Source of the DNA: Octopus vulgaris
Taxonomy: Eukaryota
Assembly: GCA_951406725.2 (NCBI GenBank)
Contig: OX597823.1
Location: 78,120,001 to 78,184,000, forward strand
Direction: 5' to 3'
DNA: 64,000 bases
In this document: positions 25,346-40,726 of the stretch, in pieces
Layout of the letters: each line of letters starts with the position of its first letter
Position numbering within the stretch: the stretch's first letter is position 1
Notes under the pieces: model-generated
The model's input: the letters and a program-made list of their open reading frames with translations, nothing else
Databases searched by the model: none
What the model was told of the DNA's origin: nothing
Made by a program: the position numbers and the translations under genes

Positions 25346-25790
25346 CCTTCAATGGTCAATTTAAACAACAGTTAAGACATTTATTCATCACTTTATAATT
25401 TGGTTTTCTGATTACAAGTTTCAAATTTGGATTTAAATTTGTACTTATGGATACTGTACCTGTGTTTATGATGTTGTAATGGCTTTTTGATATAGAATAT
25501 TTTCTTTCATTTTCTTATTTAGCTTTTTTTTTATATTTTTGGGATGGAGTTTTCATAAAAGCTAGTTTTATATTGTTTTGAAAATGTTCTCAGAAAGGAA
25601 ATTGAGGTGAGAAGAATATGGTTCATGCAGTTTATATTGAATTACAATTTTGTTATAAAGTATTTCCAGTTAGTTAAATGAAGTGCAGTCCGTATATATA
25701 TATATATGAGTGTGTGTGTGTGTGTGTATCTATCTATATATATATTTGTGTGTGTGTTTGTATCTATCTATATATATGTGTGTGTGTGTG

Positions 25791-26462
<672 letters not shown>

Positions 26463-26999
26463 TATATATATATACAGACACATACGTACGTACGTATGTA
26501 TGTATGTATGTGTATATATGTGTGTATGTTTGTATCTATCTATATATATGTGTGCGTATATATATATATATATATATATACAGACACTTGCATACGTACG
26601 TACGTACGTACATATGTATGTATGTATGTATGTATGTGTATATATGTGTGTTTCTTTGCTTTCATTGTGTATCACTAGTGTTCAGCAGCAAAGGTTCTAT
26701 AATAACCACTGAACATATACATATTAAATGTATGTATGCATATGTGTGTGTGTGTGTCTTGTATTCTTTGCTACTTCAAACATCATATAATAGAATTATA
26801 TCCAGTCACAAAATTCTGAAATTTTCCCAGCATGGAAGGATTTTTGGAGAGAAATTTCAGTTTCCACTTATAAAAACCTAATGAGCAACTTTGTACAAAT
26901 TGGAACTGAATTACATCTTTCAATTCCAAAACATTATTTCTTGTCCAAAGAAACTATTGTCTTTAACTGTATTATATTCTGTTTTATATATATATATAC

Positions 27000-27038
<39 letters not shown>

Positions 27039-27045
27039 CACATAT

Positions 27046-27111
<66 letters not shown>

Positions 27112-27530
27112 GTGTTGATGTATGGTTGTTGAAGTGAGAACCATTGTGGCGTGATGCCTAAGATTTTCGACTACTGAATTAAATTAGTTGAATCAGCTCA
27201 TTGAGAGCTATTTAATTTTAGCTTGAAAACCTTGCTAAAAATAAAAATTTTCTTAATTGGCGGTTGTGGATTTGGCATTGAGATTGGTATTCGTTTGTAA
27301 AATATCCACTAGTAATATATACATATGTTGAAGCTACGGAACTATTCAACCCATGCCAGCCATAATTTCATCATGGCTTGATTAAGGTGTAAAATAATGT
27401 CTGTTACAGCTTCTGGGTATACATCAATGAAGAGGAAATCTCTGAAAAAGATGGCTCTGGCTTTAACTTCTTTGAGTTTAATTGTAACCTACATATTTCT
27501 CCTGTTAAAGTAGTTCATTTTGAATGTTTT

Positions 27531-27860
27531 GGCACATAGCTCAGTGGTTAGAGTGTTGGACTCACAATCATGAGATAATAAGTTCAATTCCTGGACCAGA
27601 CTGTGTGCTGTGTTCTTGAGCAAGACACTTCATCGCATGTTCCTCAAGTTCACTTAGCTGTAGAAATGAGTTGCAACATCACTGGTGCCAAATTATATCG
27701 GTCTTTGCCTTTCTCTTGGGTAACGTCAGTGGCATGGAGAAGTAAGGCTGGTATGCATGTGCAACTGCTGGTCTTCCATAAACAACCTTGTCCAGACTTG
27801 TGCCTCAAAGGGAAACTTTCTAGGTGTAATTCCATGGTCATTCATGACCGAAGAGGGTCC
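27531..27860 (+). mobile_element. tRNA-derived SINE family E (V/CORE-like central motif)
   Basis: A box TAGCTCAGTGG, B box AGTTCAATTCC, tgtgttcttgagcaagacactt; 3' part repeated in reverse at 47275-47495. Confidence 0.8.
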
Positions 27861-28126
27861 TTAGCTTTACTGAGCAACTCCTTTCACAAAATGTTCGAAA
27901 GGAAATATTCTAAACAACTCAATGAATTAATTCTTATATTTTCTTGCTATAGGAAAGACATGTAGCCTAGTGGTTAGGAAGATGGGTTGAAAATCATAAG
28001 TCAGAGGTTCGATTCCTCAGCAGAGTGATGTATTTTGTCCATATGCAAGGCACATCATTTTAGATTGTTCCAGCCTTTCTTCCTTTTACTCAGCAGGAAA
28101 TGACTCTCAGCTAACTACTGGTGCAG

Positions 28127-28350
28127 CTCTCTCTCTCTCTTTCTCTCCCCCTACCCTCTCTCTATCTCTATATCTCTCTCATTTTGTTCGTCTCTCTCTC
28201 TCGCTGTCTCTCTCTCTTTCTGTCTTTCTATTTGTCTCTTTATGTCTGTCTGTCTCTCTCTTTATTTGTTTCTCTGTCTGTCTTTTCTTCATTTGCCTTT
28301 CTCCTCTACTTCTATTTCTATCTCTGTCTCTGTCTGTCTGTCTGTCTCTC
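28127..28350. repeat. Pyrimidine-rich (CT)n/(CTGT)n tract
   Basis: Visible low-complexity run. Confidence 0.85.
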
Positions 28351-31300
28351 TGCCTATTTGTCCCCACCCTCTCCCTTTTCCTTACTTAATGTCCCACTAC
28401 TGGGTCAAGGGTGAGAGAATTGAAAGGGTGTTCCTGTCTGCTTGCAATTGCCCAGATACCAAAAATAACTAACAAAAGTAAAGTACAAGCCATCAGAGCG
28501 TACTCTTTTACAACTGATGCCTGTACTTTTTGATATATTTTTTAAAATTTCTGTTTGAAGAATTAACATTGGTTATTTCTTCTTTAAGTTATTTTGCTGG
28601 TTTCAGTCATTGGACTGCAGTCATGCCAGGGCACTGCTCTGAAGGGTTTAATCAAAAACTTATTCTATCAGTTTCTTTTGCTGAACTGCTAAGTTGCTGG
28701 GATTTGAATGAACCAGCACCAGTTACCAAGTAGTAGTGGGGGACAGACACAAAAGCATACATACTAAAACAAAAATTTTGCTTCTTTCATATCATTTGAA
28801 ACTTGAATTCTTTTGGTATTTCAAAATTAAAATCTTGTGCCTTCTACCATCGGTTACTAGACCGAAAGCTTTTACCTTTCAAACCCTCTCGCTTCTTATT
28901 TACCACATGGTCTTTTGTAAAGCATGGTGCTTTATTTGCCTAATTCAAACTCAGTGGAAGAGGAACAAACTGATTCTGTTTCATAATCTTTGCAGATTAA
29001 ATTAATTACATTCATTACAGATTCAAATTACCAAATTCTTAACAAATTATCAAATTCAAATAAGGAATTTCTTAGAAAATTCAATTAATTGTTTCTAATT
29101 TATGCAAATATCTAAATTTGCAAAGCTTTCAAAACTGTGTGAAATGGATATAGAAGACACTGATACAGTGTTTTAAATTTGATTACATGTTTTTTGGTTG
29201 TTATATAAGACAATGACAAACTTGGATATTTTATCTAAGAAGATGCAATAAAAATGTTTTATTTCTTAGTTTTTGGAGGATTTTTTTTTTTTTGTTTTTA
29301 CATATTTATATAATTCTCAACAATTACTTTCATTGAATGATCTCTTGTGCATTTCTATAGGCCTTCTTGAAATGCTAATAAGTACTCTTGGAAAAGAAAA
29401 TTTTAAGCATTAGGTTGTGAAGTACTCTAAAAAAAATCTTGTCAGTCACAGATATTGCATTCAGTTACTCTCAGAATGATGTATGTTCTAAAATTTTGCA
29501 AACATACATATAGATACATATGTGCTCACACACACATACATATATGTCTGTATGTGTGTGTGAATATAAAACAAAAACATGTATTGATTTGTTTAAATAT
29601 AACTGTTTAGTATAAGAGAAGCTGACTTTTATGGTTTTACTCTCCAATTACCAGTATGATTTATTGCATTATTAAAACCACTTCTGCACAAAATTCAAGC
29701 CATACTGTGTACAATCATCATTGTAGCAATAAAAGAAATTTATCATTTGACAAAACAGGGTCTGGGAGGAAGATTAAAAACGAAAACAAAGACAAAAATA
29801 AAATACAAAAAATATAGAAAACAACTATGCCTGTACATGATTTGAAAACAATGTTTTAATAGCAATACACTGTTTACATTTTATATTTTGACCTGCTCAT
29901 TGTATTCGTTTAGCATTAGACTAATACTGAATTTATAATATTCCAGAGTTTCTAACCTCATTTTCTGAATTTATTAATAATTCAGAACCCATTCCACTAA
30001 GAAGATTTAGTTATATTCTTTAAATTTATATCAATGCTTTAGCCTGGAAACAATTATAGAGGAACATTTGCTGTGTTATATAGAAATTTCTGCAAGAATT
30101 CTCCCAACTATTTCAACTTATTCCAAGATAGGTTATAAAATTTTCATCTTCCTTATTACATAAAAGAAGAAAATAGAATAAAGCTGGGGTTTTTTTTTTT
30201 TTTCAAGCTGTGGGTTACTTTTGTTTATTTTATCAAGGTTTTTAATAGATTCAGGGATATTTTTTCTATTAGACATCATAAATGCTACATCCATTTTGGC
30301 ATTCACCTTTCTGATGCTGCCATGGGCTGGAAGAGACTTACTGAAGTAATATTCTCTGTACAAATACCCTTCTTGATGCAGACTTTATTTTCAAGTAAAT
30401 CTTTGAAGTGATATCAAGATGTATATCTTCAAATGTGAATACACCTTAGTTAAGTAATGTTGTTGTTCTTGTTCTTGTTGTTGTTTAATCTCAGGCCAGC
30501 TTTTATCAAACAGACCTAAGATCAAAAGCATTCCAGCCATGATCACCCCATCTTGTTTCAGATTAATTGTATCAAGAGCCATATTGTCCAATGTAATTTT
30601 TAATGACATTAGAGCTTAATGTGAAGGATATTTAGCTACTGTTTCTAGCAGATTATGTGACCACTTTAAGACTTCCTCTTTGTCTTATGTTGCATAACTT
30701 GGATTGTGAAGGTATGAATATGAACAGCAGGAACTATTTACCCAGCTAACTATAGAAACCATTGTTAATATTTCCTTGATAAGATATTAATATTAAGGTG
30801 CCACATTTCTTCCTCTTGAGCAGTTCACAATGGTTCTCTTTGCTGTTTGGCTTCTTATCTAAATTGCTGCAGGTGACAAACACATTTATACCTAATATAA
30901 TAATGTTGTCTTGAAAAATAATCATGTAATTCTTTTCCCACAGTTTAATAGAATATAGCTAATTATTGATAACTTATTGAAAATATCTTGTGTAAATGTT
31001 ACACTTCAGCTTGAACTCAGAATACAAATCAGATACTCACCTCTTTTTGTTATATAAGTTTTTAGTAGAGCATATCTTACAAAATAAATACTGGTTCAAA
31101 ACTTAGGTTGTTAAATTTATTACATCTACGTTTTAACTATAACTTATAGTAATATCTTTTACTGAAGGTTTCTTTTCTATTATTACAGTTTGGAACAGAA
31201 GGTTCAGACCATAAACCACCATTTTAGATGTTTTATAGTATAAACTGTGTCCATCATATTTATAAGTTCAAATTTGGCCAAGAAGGTATTTTTGTCTTGG

Positions 31301-31479
31301 CTTAATTTTAGGCTTGACAATATATGTCAGTAAAATATGGCCGTTGATTCAATCATCTCTATCCTTCCTACCGTTTCAAAAAGATTTTTGTGCTTAGTCA
31401 GAATGTTTATATGCATCAATATGTAAAACTTCTTGCCTATAAAATCAAGCATAAAACTATAGAGAGATACACACATGTG

Positions 31480-31606
<127 letters not shown>

Positions 31607-31722
31607 AATCAATGAAACAATAAATTCACTGACACTTTACATGTACAATCATAATTTCAATTATTTGTTTGTATAACTCTGTATGAGTGTGTGTTGCCTC
31701 TGCCTGTCTGTCTGTCTCTCTC

Positions 31723-31791
<69 letters not shown>

Positions 31792-32548
31792 ATGTATGTG
31801 TGTGTGTGAGTGTATACACACATACACACACACACACAGATGTATGTAAACATATAAGTATACACATGCATGATTTCATACTCTGGGATTTATACACGCT
31901 TTAGTTTTACTTATTTTCTCTAAGAACGGATTAAAATTTAATGTATTAGATATTAAAAATTTAATCTGAAATATCTCAAAATCTGAACATGTACAAAAGA
32001 AGCAAAACAAAACAAAGGACAAAATGTAAAAGCACAAAGGAAAACATAGCCAGAAATGAATTTAAAAGAAAATTTAACAGCATATTTTGCTTGACTGTAA
32101 AGATTTCAAATGTTCATGCATAACAGTTGAAGTTTTATATATGTTTAAACCATCTGCATAAATAAATTTACATATTCTAATCTCTGCAAGTATGAATATA
32201 CAGTAAACATGGCATAAAATAAGTAAACATAATACAGAATATAAGTAAAATTCTTACAAGTAGGATTAAATTGTGATTGGCAATTTTTGTTTATTTTGTT
32301 GAGCTTATATTATAAAATATATGCTGAGCACCTAATCTGCTTGGAAAACATAGTAAATAGAAAGGTTCTCTCTTTGACATATAATGGTAATTTTAATGCC
32401 AATTTTAATAGCAGTTGTATCCTACTACATAAACATTGTGAAATAGCAAAAGCTTTAAATGAGTAATGGCTTTACAATTTTGTCTTGTGAATAGGGGCTT
32501 GTTGTTTTTTAGTGCCAGGTCAGCTTGTAAAATAGCAAAGCTCTAATG

Positions 32549-32882
32549 CAAGGTTTCCTAACCTATTTTCCCCCAGGATCCATTATAACTTTCGAGTAAA
32601 AAAAAGTATGCCCCACCGGTGGAATACATAAAAACATTAATAATTTATGAATTTCACATAATTATATATTTTCCTTAAAAAAATATCTACATTAGGCCAT
32701 TAGAATAGCACTATATTCTATGAAGCAATCTTTACACATTATACTTAGCCGGAGGGATCGGTTTGACTAGGCTGAGTATAGGTGTAATATGTTTGCTGTG
32801 AAAAAACAGTTTTTCACAATTCCATTTCCCACTAAAAAAAAAAAGAAAACAATTTTGGATCCTTAACCTCACCACAATTTTT
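32549..32882 (+). mobile_element. hAT (Charlie-like) MITE, right end missing
   Basis: Homologous to 44754-45381 (ctaggctgagtataggtgtaatatgtttgctgtgaaa is identical). Confidence 0.75.
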
Positions 32883-32889
32883 CCAACCT

Positions 32890-33306
32890 CAATACAAATT
32901 TGGGGATAGGCAAGTCAATTACATTGACCCCAGTGCTCAGCTGACACTTACTTTATCAAGCCCGAAAAGATTAAAAGCAAAGTCAGCCTCAGCAAGACAT
33001 GAACTCAGAGATAGGATGAAATGCCATTAAGCAGTTTGTCCTGCATGCTAACAAAACTACCAGGTAGCCACTTTGTTTCTCCCAATCATATTGGTTTCAA
33101 ATTTTAGCACAAGGCCAGAAATTTTGAGAGAGGATTAAGTTGATTACATCCGCCCTGGAACTCAACTGGTACTTAATTTATCAGTTCTGACAGAATGAAT
33201 GGCTAAGTCAACCTTGGCAGAATTTGAACTCAGAACTTAAAGATGAACAAACTGTTGTAAGCATTTTGCTCAGTGTGCTAATGATTCTGCCAATCTGCTG
33301 CCTTAA
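32890..33306 (-). mobile_element. Two decayed SINE family C copies
   Basis: The second copy (33093-33306) has a 17-bp TSD tttctcccaatcatatt at 33076-33092 and 33307-33323. Confidence 0.75.
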
Positions 33307-33341
33307 TTTCTCCCAATCATATTAACAACAAAAGTGTTTAA

Positions 33342-33564
33342 CCCTTTTGATACCAATCTTCCTGAAACCACTTTTGGCTCGGTAGTACAAATGTCCTGTT
33401 TTCAAAAGTTCTGAATTAAAATCTTCCTCCAAACCTTAGTCACAATTTATGTTCCTAACACTAGCTTAATACTAACTAAATTATTATACTAAATTCTTTA
33501 TTATATTTAAAATTAATTGAAAGAAACACAGAGCATCTCAACAAGAATATGGTAAAAAAAGGAG
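33342..33564. mobile_element. piggyBac-like MITE
   Basis: TTAA on both sides (33338-33341, 33565-33568); TIRs cccttttgatacca / tggtaaaaaaaggag; an older related copy at ~33700-33952. Confidence 0.7.
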
Positions 33565-34211
33565 TTAAGCAGGAATTGAAACAGCATTTTGAACTGCTCT
33601 TGCTAAGATCTTATCTCATGCTCTTACATTTCTTGCTTTCCTTCCATGTAGCAATATAAGTTCCTGCATTAATACTTTCAATTTCACCCCACATGAGGTT
33701 ACCACCTCTTGTCTGACATTACATCACTGTTCATTTTGAAGTGTTCTTATTCAAGTTAAAACCTAACATAATTTTATGTATGAACCTACTTTTTCATTTT
33801 TATTAAGTCACGTTTCAAATAACAGCTTAATAATGAAACAAATAAATTATTTTATTAAATCCCTCCAAGATTTCGTTGTTGTTACTTTCAAAATTAATTG
33901 AAATAAATGAGCATAAAATACTTCATGAGAAATATTGTCAAGAGAGAGTTAAGCATGATGCTAGTTTTCTAGTATAGAGACGTTGTCAATTGAATAGTTG
34001 CCTTGATCACTGCAGAATGTTATTGAAATGTATAACAAAGCACAGGTTACATCCTAGAGGAATTTGAACAGAGAACTTAAAAAAAGAAACCAAGTCAAAT
34101 AAACAAAGACCAGCATCCGATCGTTAGCAGCAACTCATCAACAGCGTCTTATAGATAAAAATCATTGTCACTGTTTGTACATTCCCTCACTTACTCACCC
34201 TACAAAACAGT

Positions 34212-34247
34212 AATAACAATAACAGCAATAATAGTAATAATAATAAC

Positions 34248-34307
<60 letters not shown>

Positions 34308-34365
34308 AACAATAATAGTAATCATAATAATAATAATAATGATAATAATAATAATAATAATAATG

Positions 34366-34414
<49 letters not shown>

Positions 34415-34451
34415 TAATAATAATAATAATAATGATAATAATAATAATAAC

Positions 34452-34494
<43 letters not shown>
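34212..34494. repeat. (AAT)n microsatellite
   Basis: Visible; source of the poly-I and poly-Y ORFs. Confidence 0.95.
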
Positions 34495-35142
34495 GATTAT
34501 TTTTATTAGAACAATAAATCTAATGAAATGTCTAAAACATACAAGAACAAAGTGAAATAAGTGTAAGGCACACAAAAGCACTCACGATGACATATGCTCT
34601 CTTTCTTTCTCTTTCTCTCTTCTTTTCTCTCTCTCTCTCTCTCTCTCTCATCCATCCACATACACACACATACAAACACACAGCGGATAGAGTCAATTCT
34701 AACGGTTGTTATCAAAATAAAGCATCACATGCATTATTAACATTCATGATAAACTCCCATCACTCGTCTACCAGGAAAACAAATTAGAAAATTTCTCATC
34801 ATGAATAGCATTAAGAAAAGTTTCAATATGAATAACAATAGGGGGAAACTGCAACGGCAACAGAAGGGTCCATAATTTATTCCTTTTCATGCATAAATTC
34901 ATAAAGTCACATTGATATTTCTTATCTGTTCTAATTATTATTATTATTGTTGTTGTTGTTGTTGTTTGCTTTGGGGGGGTATTTTTGTTGTTGTTGATGT
35001 TGATGTTGTTGTTATTGTTGTTGTTGCAGGAAGTAAGTTTAGTTTTAATAAATGTTGTGAAATGAAGATGTTAATTATGGAATTTGCCAAACAATATAAT
35101 GTATTTAAGGATTTGTTTTTGATCAGAAGCACTCGCTCACAC

Positions 35143-35179
35143 GTGTGTGTATGTGTGTATATACATATGTATATGTGTG

Positions 35180-35220
<41 letters not shown>

Positions 35221-35585
35221 CTATGTATCTATATGTATTTATATGTATGCATCTATATATATACATATATCTGTGTGTATATATGTAAATATATATGTAT
35301 GTATCTATATATATATATGAATGTGTGTGTATATATATATATATGTATATATATGTATGTATCTATATATATGTGTGTGTATGTATGTATGTATGTATGT
35401 ATCTATATATATATATGTATGTGTGTGTATGTATGTATATACATGTATATATATATGTATGTGTGTGTATGTATCTATATATATATATGTGTGTGTGTGT
35501 GTGTATGTATCTATATATATATATGTGTGTATGTATCTATATATATGTATGTATCTATATATGTGTGTGTATGTATATATATATA
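35143..35585. repeat. Compound TA/TG/TATC microsatellite
   Basis: Visible. Confidence 0.9.
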
Positions 35586-35859
35586 CCAGCATACCTACTT
35601 GCATACACATACATGCACACATATACATATACTGTGGTATTTTATTATTCTATTTGTCTAATTTGACCTGAAGATGAATTCCATTGTTTCCTTCAACAAT
35701 GCACATGACTCCCTCAGTGCCAATATCTAAATAGGTATCAGATCCATCGATTTTTCTCTCTGCTTTGAATCATTCAAGTGGAAATGTTAAGTACATCCCA
35801 GTTTTTTGGTTCTTCTTTTATTCTTATATATTTTCAAAAGACAAACTGAAATTATACAT

Positions 35860-35911
<52 letters not shown>

Positions 35912-36219
35912 GACTTCATTTTGATTGGGGTTATCTTATTTCTGCTTTCATATTTTAAGTTGATGTAGATAAAGACTTATGTCTACTATTAATTGAAGAA
36001 ATAGTTTGGGTTAATTGAGGTCTTTTAGCACACCCTGTTATATATATGTGAGAGTCTATCACATACGAGTATTTAGTTTAGGAATATTTACCTAAGGTGT
36101 GTTTCTTCAGTCATGTGTTGTTAATATCAGTAATCAGTATCACAACATTCTCTCTACCTCCATATGTATACACACACACATATACATATGTATATACACA
36201 TATATACACACTTATACAT

Positions 36220-36260
<41 letters not shown>

Positions 36261-36631
36261 CACAATATTTATGTTTAACCTTTGGAGATGAATATGGTTC
36301 ATTGAAGAGATCTAATAAGATTGAAACATGTTCATTGCTTTCACCAGTTGGCTTTTAAGACCAGGTTCCCTCTCATACTGTATTTTCTATATTTCATTTA
36401 GTTGCTCTTATTGGTGTTTACTCACATGTTTGTCAGTTCTAAGTTGCTTCTTTTTTGTTTTTTATCAACTAATTATCTAGATAATCTCAGTGAGCTGAAA
36501 TATTTTGCCATGTTACATTACATGTGGTATACAGAATAGCATCAGAGGTGTTTGCCTTCAGCCATATTGTTGACTTACTTTCATACATAGTGTGACTACA
36601 CACACATACACTCTCTCGCTCTCTCTCCCTA

Positions 36632-36667
<36 letters not shown>

Positions 36668-37103
36668 TGTTCTTTTGAAAAACGTTTTATACACAATTGC
36701 TTCAAAGTGCTCAAATCAAACTCAAGTGCTCAGGTTGAACTCTTAAATCAAATTTATCCTAATTATTTCTCTGACTTTTAAATCCATCATTAAGATCTCT
36801 CACTGCTATCAATGTATCTTATAACTATTAATTCTTAATTCAACAATTTTCATCTTAAATTTAATATGATTTTTAATCAATGTATCTCTCTTTATTTATC
36901 TATCTTTTACACATATTTTTACCTTATGTATTTCTTATTTCTATCCTAAACAATATATATTGATATGTTCCTTGTCTTGGTTTATTTAATATGTTATATG
37001 TATTTATTATGTTGATGTTAATCATAACTAGAGGATGATTATCTAAATTTTGTCTCTTCTTAAGCCAAGTTATATATATATATATATATATAGATATACA
37101 TAA

Positions 37104-37300
37104 CATCACCACCATCATTTAACGTCTGTTGTCCATACTGGCTTGGGCTGAGTTTGACCAGGGCAGATAAACTGAGGGGCTGCACCAGACTCTGGTCTGA
37201 TTTGGCATGGTTTCTATGGCTAAATGCCTTTCCTAACGCCAACCACTCCAAGAGTCTAATGGGTGCTTTTACGTGCCACTGGCACACGTGTCAGTTTGCA
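37104..37300 (-). mobile_element. RTE LINE 3' UTR / tail fragment
   Basis: catcatttaacgtctg...ggcatggtttctatggc...cctaacgccaaccact...gtgccactggcac; the same sequence is joined to RTE coding sequence at 39882-40573. Confidence 0.75.
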
Positions 37301-39881
37301 TGACACAAACTGATCACCCGGTCCACTGGAGGAAATTTTAGAAAGTAGAACAAAACCACTTTCAGGTTGCAAGAATTTGGGAATGGTATCCTTTCAAAAT
37401 ACTTTGAGTGCTGAGCTATTGCTCTTTCTCTTTTTTTTAAAGAAAGGCTTTGCAGATAGTTGCAGACACATCTATGGTGCTCTGGATCTCCAGAAAGTCA
37501 TGGAAATTTTCTATGAGATGGGATTTCACAGGCTCATTTGATCACTTCTCTGTTTAGCAAATTGCTGTAACGATGGTTACCTGAGGAGATACAATAAATT
37601 CAAAACACTTTATGATTTCATCAGTTGGTTTTAATGATAAGATCCATTCCCATTTACATCAACTGTATTTTCTTTGTTATTTCCTTTCTTGTTTTCTTAT
37701 TGTAAGCTCTGTTAGAGATAATTTATTCTACTAACTGCATTGATGAACTTGGTTAATTGAAGCATTTCAACTCACTATATTACACATGTAGGACTCTACC
37801 ATATTTGTATTTAGTGTGCAGAATATTGCACTTGGGTAAGGTGTCTCACAACGGTAGATTATGCTTTAAATTCAAGTAACTAAGACTGGAATGAACACAT
37901 TTATTGAGAAAAGTGTATAATACATAACCTAGGTACTAGCAATGTTCACGATTTCACTATCACAACTATTAGGTGGCTACCATATCCAAGAGAACATTCT
38001 CAAGCTTTCCTTACCATTACCGAATAAATGTGTCCCATCTTTGTGGCATATGCATCATCATCCCCCTCACCACCATCACCACCACCACTACTACCATCAT
38101 CATCAGCATTGTTTGGATGGTTTGACAGAAACTGACAAGCCAGAGGGCTGAGCTGAGCTCCAATGACTACTTATTTTCTATGACCGGATGGCCTTTCTCA
38201 CACTAACATAGATACACACACTCATCAATTGATTCTAAGGCAACTGAACTGAATAGAAACATGCTTATTATTATGCCTAGTTACAATTTTTAAAAGGGCA
38301 TTTATTTGCATCAACTTTTTTTACCAAATAGTTTAGTTATCCAATATCCATGTAGTTTTCTGATTTGCTTGTCACATTTAGATTTCTAAGTACCTCTTTA
38401 GGAGAGTTTTTGTGTAGTAATTGCATTGATAATCTCATTTAATTGAAGTTTTTTCAACAATATATTATAACCTACTTGAAACTCTACCACAGGAGCTTCG
38501 TTTTTGTATTTGATTCGTGAAATTCTTGATGCGAACTTGCATGTTAAAACATATTACATTGTATCTTGGGAGGCTCATTATACCAATAACAAATACATGC
38601 AATCAATGGTTGATTGTCTGAAGCAGATTTGCAGTAGAGAGAGCATGTCATTGAGAAGGCTGCTGCAAATAGAAACAAAAGGGCTTTGACAAATGTTGCT
38701 GATTGATTGATTGAGTGATTAGTCAAACATTTGATTAGTTAATTGGTGAATGGTTAATTAAAAAAGTTAATACTAAAATAAAATGTGAAATAGAACCAAT
38801 GCATGTGTTTATTATTTGCATAAGGATTCTCCTGGGGTACAACAGAATGCTATAAGTATATCAATTGAAAAATTCATATCTCTTTAAAATAAAAAGGAGG
38901 TACAGCTCTGATACAAATGATTTCTTTCCTGTCTATAGCATACAAACAAGCAAAGTGTTTTAAGTATGCTCTCTTTGATACAATTTTCCTGATGGACACT
39001 GATATAGCAAATGAAAAATTCCAAGGAGAAGTTTTAAGGAATTTTTAGGAGACCTTATTAAACAGGAATCTGATTTCAACCATTCTTGTTACAACCATTA
39101 TTGCATCATTTCTGGGTGTTTACACAACTATTGCATTGATGCATAATTATTGCAGCTTTTTTTCAACAAAAACAATGATAATATTTAATAAAAGCATCTT
39201 TAAATGACAGTCTGACCGTCTGCCATGCAAATGGGTGAATATGCTCCGGAATAATCATTTCATGATGTTTTTGTTACATGTTGTTATTGTTTTTGTTGAA
39301 TAAAATTTGTTGAAAAAAATTTACAATGATTATGCACCAACCCAGTACATTATCCAGTGTAATCAGTAGGGTGTGATATGAGGGAGATTTGATTCCTATT
39401 TCTTGTATGTTGAGTATCCACACAGAGGCTCCAAACATTGTTATCATGTACTGAGTGTCTTTAGATTATGTCACCATGATGGAACTAAGTTTCCAAATAT
39501 CAGGATACTGATGTTTATAAACAGAAATTACAGTTATGCAAATTTACTGAAGTGGAAAGATTCTTTTATACTTTCCTTCTGCTCAGACATTTTGTTATAT
39601 ACTTAAAATCTATTGAGTTTATCCAAATCTTTTATTCTAAAAAAATAATTCCGTTAGAAATGTTTGTATTCTCTTTAGGAAATACAACATGGCAATCTCT
39701 GTGTCCAGACATATTTTCCAATTCTCTTCTGTGTATTAAATAAAATGGTTTTATGACCTTCAGCTTATCAAAAAGCTTTCTGTATGTACCAAATGTTATT
39801 TTGTACTTCGGGCTAAAAATGTCCGATATGATAAATTAATATACACACTTGAAACTGCCTTAAATTAAAGTACTGGTGTAT

Positions 39882-40573
39882 CATGATGATGATCATCATC
39901 ATCATTGTTTAACATCTGTTTCCCATGCTAGCATCGGTTGGATGGTTTGACAGGAGCTGGCCCTCTGGGAAGCTGTCCAAGCGCCAATTGTCTGTTGTGG
40001 CATGGTTTCTATGGCTGGATGCCCTTATTTCTGGTTGAATCATTGAATAGGCACCAGTATTCTTATTCGTTTAGTTTTTTATTTGTTTCAGTCATTTGAC
40101 TGTGGCCATGCTGGAGCACCACCTTTAGTCGAACAAACCGACCCCAGGATTTATGCTCTGTAAGCCTAGTACTTAATCTATCTGTCTCTTTTGCCAAACC
40201 ACTTTACAAAGTGTGCTGGGTGCCTTTTATGTGGCACCAGCACAGGTGCATTTATGCAGTACTGGCATGAGTACATTTTATGTGGCACCGGCAACTGTAA
40301 AGGACAAGCCTGTATTCACGAATAACAGTGATTTTATTTGGCTTGATGTGTCTTCTCAAGTACAGCAAACTACCACAATTCCCAGGCTCTTGTCATTTCC
40401 TCAGTGAAGTCCGATGTCTGAAGATCTCACTTCACTACTTCATGCCACATCTTCCTGGGTTGACCTCTTCTACAGGTTCACTCCCTATTTAGAGCTTGGC
40501 ACTTCTTTACACAGCTGTCCTCATCCATACACATCATGTGACCAAACCAGTGCAGTCTTCTCTCTTGCGCTGG
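39882..40573 (-). mobile_element. 5'-truncated RTE-clade LINE (ORF C-terminus, 3' UTR, (GAT)n tail)
   Basis: 40570-40334 translates AQERRLHWFGHMMCMDEDSCVKKCQALNRE*TCRRGQPRKMWHEVVK*DLQ..., the RTE RRLRWFGHV.RM...GRP.K.W motif; 3 in-frame stops; insert at 40032-40195. Confidence 0.88.
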
Positions 40574-40726
40574 CAAAATATTACATCAAGTACCATTTTA
40601 CATCTATATATGTATAATACACATCATGTGACCAAACCAGCGCAAGAGAGAAGACTGCACTGGTTTGGTCACATGATGTGTATTATACATATATAGATGT
40701 GAAATGGTACTAGGTGTAATATTTTG
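40574..40726. repeat. Long inverted repeat (67-bp arms, 19-nt loop)
   Basis: 40574-40640 versus 40660-40726, 3 mismatches. Confidence 0.92.

Noticed and set aside
34165-34581. Poly-Ile and poly-Tyr ORFs (also 49272-49744)
   Set aside because: (AAT)n repeat artefacts
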